NCBI GenBank assembly: GCA_011109175.1
Contig: RDEW01000036.1
Coordinates: 473,737 to 537,736 of the forward strand
From: Dicyema japonicum
Taxonomy: Eukaryota > Animalia > Dicyemida
Direction: 5' to 3'
DNA: 64,000 nucleotides
This document shows, one piece after another, positions 37,750 through 50,124 of the stretch. Below the pieces are notes generated by a model. That model worked only from the letters and a program-made list of their open reading frames with translations, made no database searches and was not told the DNA's origin. Positions within the stretch are counted from its first letter, which is position 1. Each line of letters opens with the position of its first letter. The translations under genes and the position numbers were made by a program.

Positions 37750-38582
37750 AGCAACTCATTCAGGTTCAGCCTCAAAAAAGGTCTGTCTTTAACATGGATT
37801 CCGAGTTAACCATTCAACTTCGACATTCTTGACGACCCCCTCGCAATTTATCTCAGAAGGATTCAACGTTCAAAAACCACATTTAATGGCTTTTCTTGTT
37901 TCTCTTGACATTACTAAGGATTCAGTCTCAAGAAAGTCTTTAACGAAAAAAATATTTGAAAAGGATATCCACCTTTACCTGAAAAGATGGCTCTCTAACT
38001 CTGAGTGGAAGATGAGCAGGTAAACTGCAGCAACATGAAATCGATGATACTTTCTCAAATGGGTTGCCCCAAGAATTTCCACTATCACTAAGACTTTTCA
38101 ATTTTTATATACGAGACATACCACAACCCTAAGAAAACTGTCTCCTCCTTTCATATGGGATCCTTGCCACGATTTACAAGCAATTTATCCGACCAACGAT
38201 GACGTATGCAAGTCCTTCATGGGCAATGCAAATATCACGATCTTCCACATTGAAATTATCTGCAATCGAGGAGACTGCAATAAGGTTAATTGGACCAGAT
38301 CACAATATCCAACCTATTGAAAACTTTTTAATTGAACTACAACGGAAACTATTAGAGGAGGCTGTTCTACCGAGCTGCCCTCTATTCCAAATACTATCGA
38401 ATTATCTACAATCATACAGAAATTTTGAGCCGATGCCATGTCCAATGGGAAGAGCTGTTCAGGATTATCGACCTCGCCGGACTCGTCCTCACCTTTGTCG
38501 GTCTGGGATCACTTAGTTAGATGAGAACTTTTATTTCTTTCTCTTTGACCCAGTGATCCTGGGGGTAATAATAATAATAATG
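37750..38582 (+). mobile_element. Ingi/Vingi-like LINE 3' fragment with (TAA)n tail
   Basis: NGLPQ..LS..LFN and YKQFIRPTMTYASPSW motifs. Ends GATCCTGGGGGTAATAATAATAA. Confidence 0.75.
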
Positions 38583-38844
38583 CGAACAACATAGTCATTG
38601 CTGCAAGGGACATAGGATACAAAGTCAGGAATGCTCAATTCTTTAATTCAATGGTTGGAAAGGCTATGTCTGGAGATGCCCCAAATTCCTTCAGTTTTTG
38701 CGCCAAACCCCATACTTTTGTACATTCTCTGAGTCAATTACGGCATTTATACAAAATAGCTGCATTAGTTAAGTATGGATCAAACTTAATATAAATTTAA
38801 ATAAAATGACTCAAAATTAGTGAAAAGTTAATAATAGTAGAGAA

Positions 38845-40294
38845 TTAGTCCTTAGGCAAGTCAAAATGGTGACCCACAGCCTGACACCATCCAATAGGAT
38901 ACAAATACGTGCTCCTGACATCTACCCACTGGTCAAAAGAATCTGACCAGCCGATAAAGTGCAATAATAAGAGCCTCCAAACAATTCGTACAATCTTGGC
39001 AGCACAGACAAGTCTACAATGAACCATCAAGACAACTCAGGCTCTACAGAATCTACAGCCTCGAGGACCATTCCAACCTCAAAGTTAGTGTCAAAATAAT
39101 CCTAAAATAAAAAAAATAGTAAACAGAAGAAAAACAGTAGTGGGGACTAATCTTTAAACCCAACAATAACACAGTAGAAAACACACTAATATTCTTATAT
39201 TCTATCTTTATCCCATGAACAAACCATTGGGAAGTTCAAGGGGGATGTCATTCTGTAGACAAAATCCAATTGGGAGAATATAAGGAGACTGAAAACTAAA
39301 GTAGAAGAACTCATCTGAGCATAAATTCTAAACACAAATGACTCCATAGTTAAGAACCCGTTCAATCACTCCCAGACAGATTTTATTATTCCCAAAAGGA
39401 TGGACAAATTCCACACCCATTTGAGGCTCAAATAAACAGGTTTTCGGAGTTTTGTAAGAAATTGAATCAACGATCGAATTGTGCCACTCCCAAACGTTGT
39501 CATCCGATTTTGGTCTCTCAATTAATTTATCTAGACATTATATAACATAATACTTTTTATCTTACAACCAATCTTCTGACTCCATTTTATGGGATGTAGA
39601 GAATCTGAGCAGTCATCGTAGACGTAGTAGAGGTCATCATCTTCGTCCTGTAGTTTAGTACCATAACTTATACGTCCAAATAAGTTAGGAAAAGACGCCG
39701 ACCGACTATTTTAAGTATTTTTGCGGTCCTCATTTGACTGTGATTCTCACAGTCAGCAACCTCCATCAGCTGACCAACTTTAAACCGACTGACAGTGAGT
39801 CTGGTGCTCAGCTATAATTACTGAAGTAAAAAAACTATCTCTTTAAAGTCGGATGGGAAAAGTTTTCGATGCCTCATCCTTTTGAAAAAACTTTCCTTGA
39901 ATTGACTCTGAACAAAATCAGAGGGTTGAGAGAAGACAGAGTAGTATCTTATCTTTGGTTTAAGTTTGGGATCCAAAATGTCCACAACGAGATTCATAAT
40001 ATGAACCCACACATATTTTGGACTCCAGGACATAACAAGTAACTCCACTTGTACAAAAAAACCTAAATATCCAATTTAATATACCAGAATGACTGACAAT
40101 AATCCCAATATTATAAACCTCTTCATCATTTTCATTGAAAGGTATAAGAACGAGGAAACCAATTATTAGATCGTCATTAAGGTCATCAATGTTCAGCTAT
40201 AGCTTAATTTATAAACAACGTGTTTAAAACTCCAAAATGAGGGTGACTTGGTTAAATCATTTGATAGTAAATCAACCCAGTTGTCAAATGTCAT
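38845..40294 (-). CDS. Four-MBT-repeat protein (MBTD1/L3MBTL2/Sfmbt-like methyl-lysine reader), ~420 aa
   Basis: Introns 40197-40219 (23 nt), 40063-40084 (22), 39812-39835 (24), 39648-39673 (26), 39531-39553 (23), 39202-39224 (23), 39102-39124 (23) and 39014-39036 (23) give a 1263-nt frame. Motifs SFKH, FKVGQLMEVAD, LHPIKW, SPYILPIGFC and FEVGMVLEAVDSVEPELVCAA..LHFIGWSDSFDQWVD..LYPIGWC. One in-frame TAG at 39328-39330. Confidence 0.9.
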
Positions 40295-40389
40295 TTGATG
40301 CGCGAAATTTTATTTCTTCCCAAATTAAAACAATAAATTATTTTTATTAATAAATAATACATTAATTTTATTTCTTGATGTATGATGTG

Positions 40390-41475
40390 GATCCTATGTG
40401 GATCATCCCAGAGGTAAAAGACCAGACAACATAACCACATGAGAACTGAAACACCTAGGTCATCAAGCCCTGGAACTATTATCCTATATCTTCAATTTAT
40501 CCATCAACACTAACACAATCTCTGAAATATGGAAGAACTCTTTAATTAAACCTAATCGAAAACCTAACAAACCAATAAATGAACCATCATCCCATCTTCC
40601 TACAACAACATCAAATCAAGATCTCGTTAGCTTCCAAATGGAGTCCCTCAATGGTCCCCACTATCCCCCAACTCTTCAACTTATACATAAATACGACATG
40701 CCACAAACCTGTAATGAGAACTGTCTAATCCTCTCCTACGCCGATGATATCATTTGCCTCCATGGATAGAAGCACTCAATCAGCGACTCAATCCGCTTAA
40801 AATACTTGACAAGCTGTAACTATGGATCTCGAAGCGGAGGCTTGATATATCAGCAACAAAGTCTTCTGTCACGCTGTTTACCATGTAGAAAAGGCAGCTC
40901 TTTTTCAAACCAAAAAATCCTTATGAAAAACGAGGCTATTCCTATTAACAAAACACCGAGGATTCAGGGGGTCACCTTTGATCTGGGACTCTCTTTTATC
41001 CGACATGTTGAGAACAAAGTAACTTTTGCTCTTAAGAAAATGAGCATTTTAAAAGTACTCTCAAAAACTTAAAGACCAAACTGAGAGCCTGTCACAGTTT
41101 ATGAACAATTTATCCGACACGATGACTTCGTGCGCAATGCAAATTTCACGCTCTTTGTCATAGAAACTATCCGCAATCAAGAGACTGCAGTAAAGTTGAT
41201 TGGACCAGAACAAGATCCAGCATATTGACAATCTTATAATTGAATTAAAACGACAATTTTTATAGGCGGCCAGTCTACCAAGCTGCCCCCTGTTTCATAT
41301 ACTATCAAGATATCTATAAACATGCAAAAAGTTCGAGACAATGCCATTTCGGATGAGAAGTGCTGTACGTAATTCTCGACTCCTTTGGGCTCGTCCTCTA
41401 CCTTGTCGGTCTGGGATCAGTTAGTTAGTTGAGAACTTTTATTTCTTTCTCTTTGACCCAGTGATTCTAGGGCTG
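40390..41475 (+). mobile_element. Ingi/Vingi-like LINE RT fragment
   Basis: PDNITT.ELKHLG, NGVPQ, LSPTLFNLY, LSYADDI and GVTFD motifs. The 3' end matches that at 38.5 kb. Confidence 0.8.
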
Positions 41476-41543
41476 GCGAACAGGATGGCGAGGAAGGTTG
41501 TGATTACTAAATTTTAACTTGTTATTGTTGGTTAAATAAAGTG

Positions 41544-42479
41544 GGGTTAAGATAACATTTATATTATATTAAAAATATAACATTTATATTTATTTCAAAA
41601 TAGAAATACCCGCGTGGCGCCATGTGGTGCTTCGTGACTAATTGGTTGAAGTTTCAGTTTTGTTCGTCTGTTCCTCCTCTTTCTTCCTATTAGAGTGGTG
41701 TCATGTGATCCACCTGTCTAGGTGGCGCCCAGTGCCAGGCCGGCACGAAAAAAGGATCATTTGCTCTCCCCCACTCCACTGGAGGGGTTTTCACAACTGC
41801 AACCATGGACGTCTTTTACCTTTTATGTTGATTCCGGATGGAATCTGTAGAAGTGGAAACTGGATACACTTAATTAATTGTTTACTTTAACTTATTTCTT
41901 CGTGGGAAATGTAGATTTCACGATCCTTCTCATTGAAACTATCCATAATCGAGGAGACTGCAATAAGGTTAATTGGACCAGAACACAAAATCCAGTCCAT
42001 TAAAAATTTCTGGGTTAAGATAACATTTATATTATATTAAAAATATAACATTTATATTTATTTCAAAATAGAAATACCCGCGTGGCGCCATGTGGTGCTT
42101 CGTGACTAATTGGTTGAAGTTTCAGTTTTGTTCGTCTGTTCCTCCTCTTTCTTCCTATTAGAGTGGTGTCATGTGATCCACCTGTCTAGGTGGCGCCCAG
42201 TGCCAGGCCGGCACGAAAAAAGGATCATTTGCTCTCCCCCACTCCACTGGAGGGGTTTTCACAACTGCAACCATGGACGTCTTTTACCTTTTATGTTGAT
42301 TCCGGATGGAATCTGTAGAAGTGGAAACTGGATACACTTAATTAATTGTTTACTTTAACTTATTTCTTCGTGGGAAATGTAGATTTCACGATCCTTCTCA
42401 TTGAAACTATCCATAATCGAGGAGACTGCAATAAGGTTAATTGGACCAGAACACAAAATCCAGTCCATTAAAAATTTCT
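41544..42479 (+). repeat. 468-bp apparently exact tandem duplication containing SINE-like copies C and D fused to a LINE 3' fragment
   Basis: Identical ORFs 41642-41890 and 42110-42358 (period 468). Confidence 0.9.
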
Positions 42480-43269
42480 TAATCGAATTACAAAGGAAAC
42501 TCTTAAAAGAGGCTAGTTTACCGAGCTGCCCTCTATTCCATACATTATCGTAATGTCCACAATCATACAGAAATTTTGAGCCGATGCCATGTCCGATGAG
42601 AAGAGATGTTCAGGATTCTCGACCCCGCCGGACTCGTCGTCTTCCTTGTCGGTCTTGGATCACTTAGTTAGCTGAGAACTAAAATCATTCTATGTTTTCC
42701 GAATTCATATTGCATGGAAAGAGGATTTAACACTCTCAACAATGTCATCGGGAAAAAAACAAAACAAAATAAATGTACAATAGGAGATATAAGGATTGCA
42801 CTTAAGAAAAGAAAGGCAAATTTAGAGAATCATGTGAATACTCATCAACCACAGAGATCTCATTAAAACTATGATTTTTAAATAAAAAAATATTTCTAAA
42901 ATAATTATGTACGTCTTGCGAGAACTCAGAGGATTGCTTGCCAGAAAGAAAAGGGATCAACAGAAGGGTTATGGCTAAGACAAAAGATTGGAATAGCCAT
43001 ACTCCGAGGGAACTCGTTCGCAATCCACGCAGCAGGCTTCCTCAATTGAAATTTGTTTAATTGTTAAAAAAATTTTTTGTTAAAAAAAAATTATGTGGTA
43101 ATAACTTTTTGACTTGTGAAATATAGGGCAAAAAAAATTCGCGAGTGTGATTAAAAAAGGTTAAGAATCACTGATCTAGGCATTGAGGTCAACATAAAAA
43201 TCGGAATTCATCAATATTTCATACCTGAATAACGATTTCCTCCGCGTGGCAGGAATATTTAACAGTTTA

Positions 43270-44310
43270 CCTGGAATATCCGTCTTCCCCCGTGAGCAAG
43301 TCTATTTTCTTGGATACCAACCTGAATGAAGAATTACGGAAATACTTTAGTCCGAAGCGGAAAAGCTTTCCCTTTTTAAGAAAAAAACTTGCTCCAGATT
43401 CGTGGAAAGTTTTACGTAGATTCTCTTCAGACGAAATGGATTTCAGCGTGTTCCAAAACTCGATCGGCTTGGTCCGATGGTCCAGATGTGAGACAAACTC
43501 CTTCCACCTCGACCTTTTGTTTTGGAAAATATTGTCTGAAATCATCAGGTTAATGAAACGTAGTCTGAGTTGGTGTCCCGGACGCCACTCTTTTTTTTAT
43601 AGCACGCCTCTCTTTTATGAGGCCGATGATCTCCTTGGTGAAGTGAGGTTTTGCCACAGGGATAAATCCCTGGGAACGTATTTTCGGTCTGCTGTGAGTA
43701 ATATTTGTTGAAGTTTTTAATTACGGAATCAATCGAGCGGAAATTTTTGACTTCAAATCGGAAAGGCATTGTTCAGTTTCTTGTTCGAATTTGGACCACA
43801 AACTTCGTTTGTAATTGATGAAGGTCTTTTAGGCGAATCTACTTTGATTTAATCTTTTGACCTTCAATAATATCGGGTTGTGGTCAGAAGGAAGTTCATA
43901 ATGTGACCAGGAAGTCTGGAGAGTGATGTTCAGAGAGATATGGAGATATCGGATCAGCTGTTGGATTCGTCGTTGTCGTAAAGCTGTACGTGTGTGCTCA
44001 AGAAGTTCATTTAGGACGACGAGATATCCTACCCTCGTTGATCCAGTTTCCCGTCTACAGACCATAGAGGATGAATAAGTATTCCTTGAATCAATGAGTA
44101 AGACGTTATGACAATTGGGTTTACTGTATTAATGCAATATCCACGTCGTGAGAGGAAAAATTCATCAGCTCGTCTCTTTTTCAAGAGATCCTGTAAATGT
44201 TTAGTTGCAGGATTGTAAGGTATTCCGATAAGATCGAGTAAGGTTAGACGTCTCCGGAGAGGGTAAGGAACATATGGAAAGGGGCTGAACGTCCCCTTGA
44301 AGGCAGCCAT
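43270..44310 (-). mobile_element. Ingi/Vingi-like LINE 5' fragment (2A-like + APE)
   Basis: LTLSGDV*PY, LTILQLNI, VDIALIQ*T, LPSDHNPI and WKEFVSHLD motifs. Confidence 0.75.
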
Positions 44311-44689
44311 AAAATCATAAATTAGATCTTTCGGTCTTTATGTAAAAAAAACATCTAATTTTCGCAGCGAGGAGATATTGCATTAATACAGTAAACCACC
44401 TATCAGAGCATATACAGTGAGAGAAAGCTGTCCAGCATTCAACAACTCTGCACGCTCCTTTTAAATTGATGTTCGGAGCTTCTGCCAATGAAACAATAAA
44501 TAATCATTACTCAGAAGATGAAATGAATGAAATATTCAAGCAAATTGATTCATGGAATGAAGAAACACAAACTGAAGCAACTGAATATCTTGCATGGTTT
44601 TGGTCATCAAGTTAAAAACAAAATCTAGCATTATAGCACTTAAATTGCCATATTCAACCCTTTGTGAGTCCATAACCCTTTGTGAGTCC

Positions 44690-45352
44690 AGCGTGAGGAT
44701 GTAGAGGTACTAAGAACTTCAGTAAATAAAGCCACAACGGTTCTGGAGAGGTGGTTTTTGAAGATCAATTCAGAAAAAACAGAGTTAATACTTTACCTCT
44801 GACAAAAGATTAGGAAGGAAGACAGTCACTTTGAAGTTAAACAAGGTCGGCATCCCCTTCAACAGATGTCATAAGATCTTGGGTGTGACAATGTGATGTG
44901 CATCTCTGTTTGACACCACATGTAGAAAACATTCTATTGAAATGCATGAAGAAACCGAACGTATTGAAAAGTTTATCGGGAATATGGAAGAGTGGTAATC
45001 ACCCAATCTTGATGAACGTGTACAAACAGTACATCGAGCCATATTTCTCATATGTATGCGCCGTGTGGAGGCCGTCCATATCTTGGACAAATATGAGGAA
45101 ATGCAAAAGAGGCTTACAGAGTAATGGAGCGTTGGAGTTGTGAAGATCACCGAACCGGACCTACGCCTCTGGAGGCCCTTATGAGACTAGACTCTAGATC
45201 ACGGAAGGTGAACTTGAAAATTCAGGCAGTCCTGTACGTTCAGCGTAGGCACGAAGGAAGAATACAGGGCAAAGATGAGGTCTCTGTTAGAATGCATCGG
45301 GATCACGTGATAATTAGTTTGGTTTACCGTGGTCTTGGGTTAAATAAATAAA
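44690..45352 (+). mobile_element. LINE 3' fragment
   Basis: LKINSEKTE, ILGV and YKQYIEPYFSY motifs, with a TAAA tail. Confidence 0.65.
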
Positions 45353-45608
45353 AATTGAAATTTATTGCAATTAGTTGGCCTACTGATTACTAATCAGTGA
45401 GAACCGAGGGACGTGCCTGTGCAACTATGGATATCCAATTCTACGTCCTATACGTGCTGTCTGGTTTTGGGGAAGGAACATTAGACCAAGATGAGGTCAC
45501 TGTTGCAGCATGTCTGAATCACGTGATTAGTTAGTTCATAAGTCTCTCTGCTGTCTATTCCAGCTGAATATTAAATGCATCTACCACGCTTCTTCCATGA
45601 CGAGTGAC

Positions 45609-47110
45609 CAGTGGTTCCCAACTTTTTGAGAGCACGAAACCCTATCGACATTTTTCATTTTATGCTGAACCCTTATATAGTTTTTAGCAATTATCAGTAT
45701 TTTACTAATATAAAAAAATAAAATACTAGTTGTGATATTGTTGAGGCTGATGTCTCTTGCATAACTATGTGATATTTGGCCTTGTCTTTGACAGGGATAA
45801 ACGTAGGTTTTCATCCACATACAGTAAATTCGCGCGTTTTTATGGTTTATATTGTTAAAGCAGAACATCCACTTTCACAGAGATATGTCGTTGAAAACTG
45901 CATCACACCCCTTAAAGCTTTGTTTGTCAGAATAGGATATTATTTTTTAATGATCAGATAAAAAAGAATCAACATCAAGCTGTAAATATTCCATTTTAAA
46001 CGTTCTGTCACTTGAAACAAACGCAAGTTCTTCTTCCTCTTTTAATGATAGCTCGTTTCCAGTAGTTTCGTACTCAGCAAAAGGATTCCTTACCCTATCA
46101 TAGTGTTCAACTGATTTGAATGGAAAATAATTTTTGTACATGTAAATAGTGACTCCAAATAGTCTACAAATTGTGGAACAATTTCTTTAAAATTTCTTTC
46201 TTTCAAATGAGGGAACATTTCCAAGTTTCCATTCTTGATATGTCGTTTCCATATTTGTAGTTTTTTTCAGAAAAGCAGTTATTTTGTTGCGCAACTCAAT
46301 AGATTATCATTTGTTCCTTTGAAAACACTCACATGCTACCATTGAAAACATTGAGTTCATGAAAAATATCGATGAGGTATGCTAATTTGCCACACCAACA
46401 TTCAGGCATTCAATAAAGTCATCCAACGTGTCTTGTATACAAAAAACCAACAATTCGTGTCTTAGTTCATAGAAACGAATTAACATGTTTCCCTTTGAGA
46501 GTCATCTTACATCAGATCCAAAATCAAAACTGAATGTTCTGCATTTTCAAAGTTTTGAGAACTGTCGCAATTTCAACGACTTCATTTTTATGTAATTAAT
46601 TATTTTTACAACCATGTCCAAACACTCAAAAATATGAATTTATAAGATTGAAAATGTCATCCCTTTTTTCCGAGCAACTCTTTGCAGCAAAGAAAATCTT
46701 CAACAATGAATTCATCGATCATATATCCAACGAAAACAAGGAGTGAATTCTTCCCGTCATATCTAAGCTTTCATCCACTTAAGCGCAAAAAACACAGATT
46801 TTTTTTCGCTTAACCAATGTGGTTTAATATCATCAGACATATTCTTGATTTGTCTGCTCACAGAATTATTAGAAATAGGAATTAAGTCGAGCTCAGCGGC
46901 AGCAATTTCTCCGAACATTATCTTTACTACTTTTTTGTTTGCAGGTAAAATAACAGTTTCGGCGAGGATATGTGATTTCATATTTTAGCGAAAATCAACA
47001 GCATAACTAGCATGCACTACTTTTTCGTTTATTTTGAATTTTTTGTAAAACGGGAAGCTTGAACTTTATTTTGGTCCAATTTCCGCATAAAATATTTTTT
47101 TTCTTTGACA
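45609..47110 (-). mobile_element. hAT Buster/Charlie (ZBED8-like) transposon, degenerate
   Basis: TIR CAGTGGTTCCCAAC at 45609. Motifs KSHILAETVILPA, IPISNNSVSR, KLAYLIDIF, VRNPF and FSTTYLCESG. Confidence 0.85.
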
Positions 47111-47203
47111 TCTTTATCTGTGACTCCAGTTTCTCTTGTTATAGTCTTTTTCGATTAGTTTTTTTGTATGGATTTCCTTTAACTCTTTTGCTAATTCTTT
47201 TAC

Positions 47204-47523
47204 TAGAGCTAGACGGTCCTATGAAGCATAGCATATGAAATGAATGGTTTGACGTAATGCATATCATGTTTTCGACTCGACGTGAGTTACGCATGCGCAT
47301 TTTGAATGTGACTCACAGAAATTTACCGGTGTTGCCAAATGGGATTTATGGTTTTCTAATATNAGAGCTAGACGGGCCTATGAAGCATACCATATGAAAT
47401 GAATGGTTTGACGTAATGCTCGTATCATGTTTTCGACTCGACGTGAGTAACGCGTGCGCATTTTGAATGTGACTCACAGAAATTTACCGATGTTGCCAAA
47501 TGGGATTTATGGTTTTCTAATAT
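47204..47523 (+). repeat. ~160-bp tandem duplication separated by an N
   Basis: AGAGCTAGACGG...GGTTTTCTAATAT occurs twice with a few substitutions, with an N at 47363. Confidence 0.85.
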
Positions 47524-48099
47524 GAAGAATATCAACGACGAGTTTTTGGAAAGAAAATCCAGAAAAGAAAATTTCTAAACTTTATGAGAACCTTATTCTT
47601 CCCAATACCTTTCCTAATCCAAAAACCAAGGAAAAAGTATTGATATGTTATGGATATAAGAAATTTGAGAAAGGCGAGCTAACATAGGTTTTTATTATTA
47701 TCAAGCACAGAATCAAGATATTGAGAAAATAATCATTTTATGAAGAGAAGAATGCACTCAGGAATGATAATTGTGCTTTTTTAGAAAATTGTGGAGAGTC
47801 TATTCTAACCCTACCAATGAGGACCAGAGAACTGAGTTTGGATTTGAAAATGACAAATACTTCTCGTTTTGGGAGACGGTGTGGGAATAGATAAAAATTT
47901 AAAGTCGCTCAATATCATTGGAAGGCAGATTACTGAAGTAGATTACTCTCTCTTAGTAAACCAAAATAGAAAAAGTTTGTTCAACAGTTTAATTGATGTA
48001 AAGAAAGGGTACGATCGGTAGACCATAGCTTTCTCTATAATGTTTGGACTGTTCTAGCCTGAACGTGGATTGGGGGGGTTTAAATGGACTAATTAGCTA

Positions 48100-49810
48100 A
48101 TGGAAAGTTATTCTAAATTTCAAAGGGGACAGCTTGTTCCAATTTCTTATAAAATTGAGTGTATGTTGTATCAGTTCATGACTGATTTGAAACGAAAGTT
48201 TGACATTCGTCTCAGAAAGAATGGAATCCTGCGGTTCCATGAATCTAGGAAAACACATATTGCCACAATCGATTCAGTGGAGGAAACGTGGTCACTTACG
48301 AATGGATGCGAAGAGTGCCTTTGATTTGCTATAGCTGCCAACAAATCGGACACTTGGCATACAAATGCAATGAGAGGAAGAAGTTTTTCCGATGTCCAGA
48401 GGAACACGATATCTCCGAATGCAATATAGATCCGAGATCGAAAACAAACTGTGTCGACTGTTGATCTTCTAAACACGGGGCAAATATGGAGGATGCCCAG
48501 TGATATTAGAAGCTATACAAAAATTTGATACTCGCAACAATAAAATGGAATTAAGACAGAAGGTAAGAAATATTGGCCCACCAAGATTAACTTCCTGGTC
48601 GTCAACGAGACAAAGATAAAAAAGACCAATACTACTACAACAGAGGAATGTAACTCGATAGCAATACCATTGTCGGTACAGGAACCTTTCTCTTCTACCG
48701 TGATGACCTACTAGCACGGAACCCGAATATCGTCTCAGCTACACAATGCGCATTTGTGTCAATTGCAATACGTTGCTGCGGTTCGTGGATAAATATCTGG
48801 GGTCTGTATCGATGGATATAAAAAACTGTTCTACAGAGATTAACGAATTCTTTGAAAGAAATGCAATATCTATTCTGGTGGGCGACCTAAATGCCAAGAA
48901 CGTGAGTTACGGATACTACAAAACCAATGGTGACGGGCGAAGACTGAAAATCTTAACTGAGAAGCTGGTCTTGAGGTCATGACATCAGATGAGCCTATCC
49001 AATTCTCTCACCATGATGAGACATGCGTGGTGTTACTTTGTGTCACCGCTACTGTACACCAATGTGAAGAGACCAGAAATTATGCAGGATATCGGTAGTG
49101 ACTATATAACACAAGAAATAGTCTGTACCTCGTACCAGATGTCATCGAAGACGTCTTCATAAAATACGACATATCACATATTGACTGGGAACATTACCGG
49201 AATTATCTTACAAGAACCTTCAAACGTGGACGAAGGATCCCATGTCAACAAATGAAATTGAAAATATGAACCGGGATCTTACAAACATCATAGTGACTTA
49301 CAACTAAGAAGATATTCTCCAATGGAAATCGTAAGAAAAGAATTGACATTTCACCTAAGAAAGTCACATTACAAGACGAAGGAACATATTACAAGACAAA
49401 GGGTCATATTATAGAACGAAGGAACCTATTGAAAAGCGTAGTAACCCAAATGGGTGAAATTTCTGGATATTTTCCAAGTTGGACCTGGCCCACATCACTT
49501 GACCCAACATACGATTTGGAGTCTACAAGACTATGTTACACACATCATTGGTCCCTACATGAGAAGTGGAACTAGTTGGGAAATACATATGGGGAATAAA
49601 CTTCTGTAGAATAACTAACTGCCGGAAGACTTACTAGCATAGGACTTAACAGGTCGTAGACATAGGTTTAACACACATCATTGGTCCCTACATGAGAAGT
49701 GGAACTAGTTGGGAAATACATATGGGGAATAAACTTCTGTAGAATAACTAACTGCCGGAAGACTTACTAGCATAGGACTTAATAGGTCGTAGACATAGGT
49801 TAAATAATGG
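48100..49810 (+). mobile_element. Jockey/I-type LINE remnant: ORF1 CCHC knuckles, APE, duplicated 3' end
   Basis: ICYSCQQIGHLAYKC plus two further eroded knuckles (48324-48500), then ILVGDLNAK and DIGSD. A 133-bp tandem duplication spans 49538-49802. Confidence 0.7.
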
Positions 49811-50124
49811 AGATGAAGTACGTGTGGACTGTCCAGGCCATTATGGCGAGAACTAGATAAAACCTTTTAATTACCTCCTGTTTACAGTTGTTATGATTAT
49901 GGTTTATGGTTTTTTTAAAGTGAAGTTTTTGAACGTTTGCCTTTGTTGCATTTTCAATCTTTTTGATAATGTAAAAATTTTTCAATTCTTTAGGTTATCA
50001 TGGAAATATATTGTGATCCCCAGTTTCATTAATAACTCATGTAACCATATGTTTAGAAGTGATAGGTTTGACAAAAATGGCATCCATGACAACTAAAATT
50101 AAAAAAAATGACATTTATGTTGAG

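Noticed and set aside
3166-40294. Global stop-codon reassignment (ciliate-like or UGA=Cys code)
   Set aside because: The ~740-codon protocadherin, the HtrL ORF and the ~990-codon RTE contain no internal stops and use ordinary Gln/Cys codons. The isolated stops are of different types.
41642-42358. Repeated 82-aa ORF as a small-protein gene family
   Set aside because: It lies within the SINE-like repeat, starts at a non-ATG codon, and the frame is not conserved in copies A and B.
44117-44397. 24-bp inverted repeat GATATTGCATTAATACAGTAAACC resembling pogo TIRs
   Set aside because: The sequence encodes the APE motif DIALIQ(E)T of the LINE. It is a small inverted duplication, not a transposon terminus.
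48300-48430. Possible Merlin/IS1595 transposase (HTNAM-like)
   Set aside because: Another frame gives clear CCHC zinc knuckles of a LINE ORF1.
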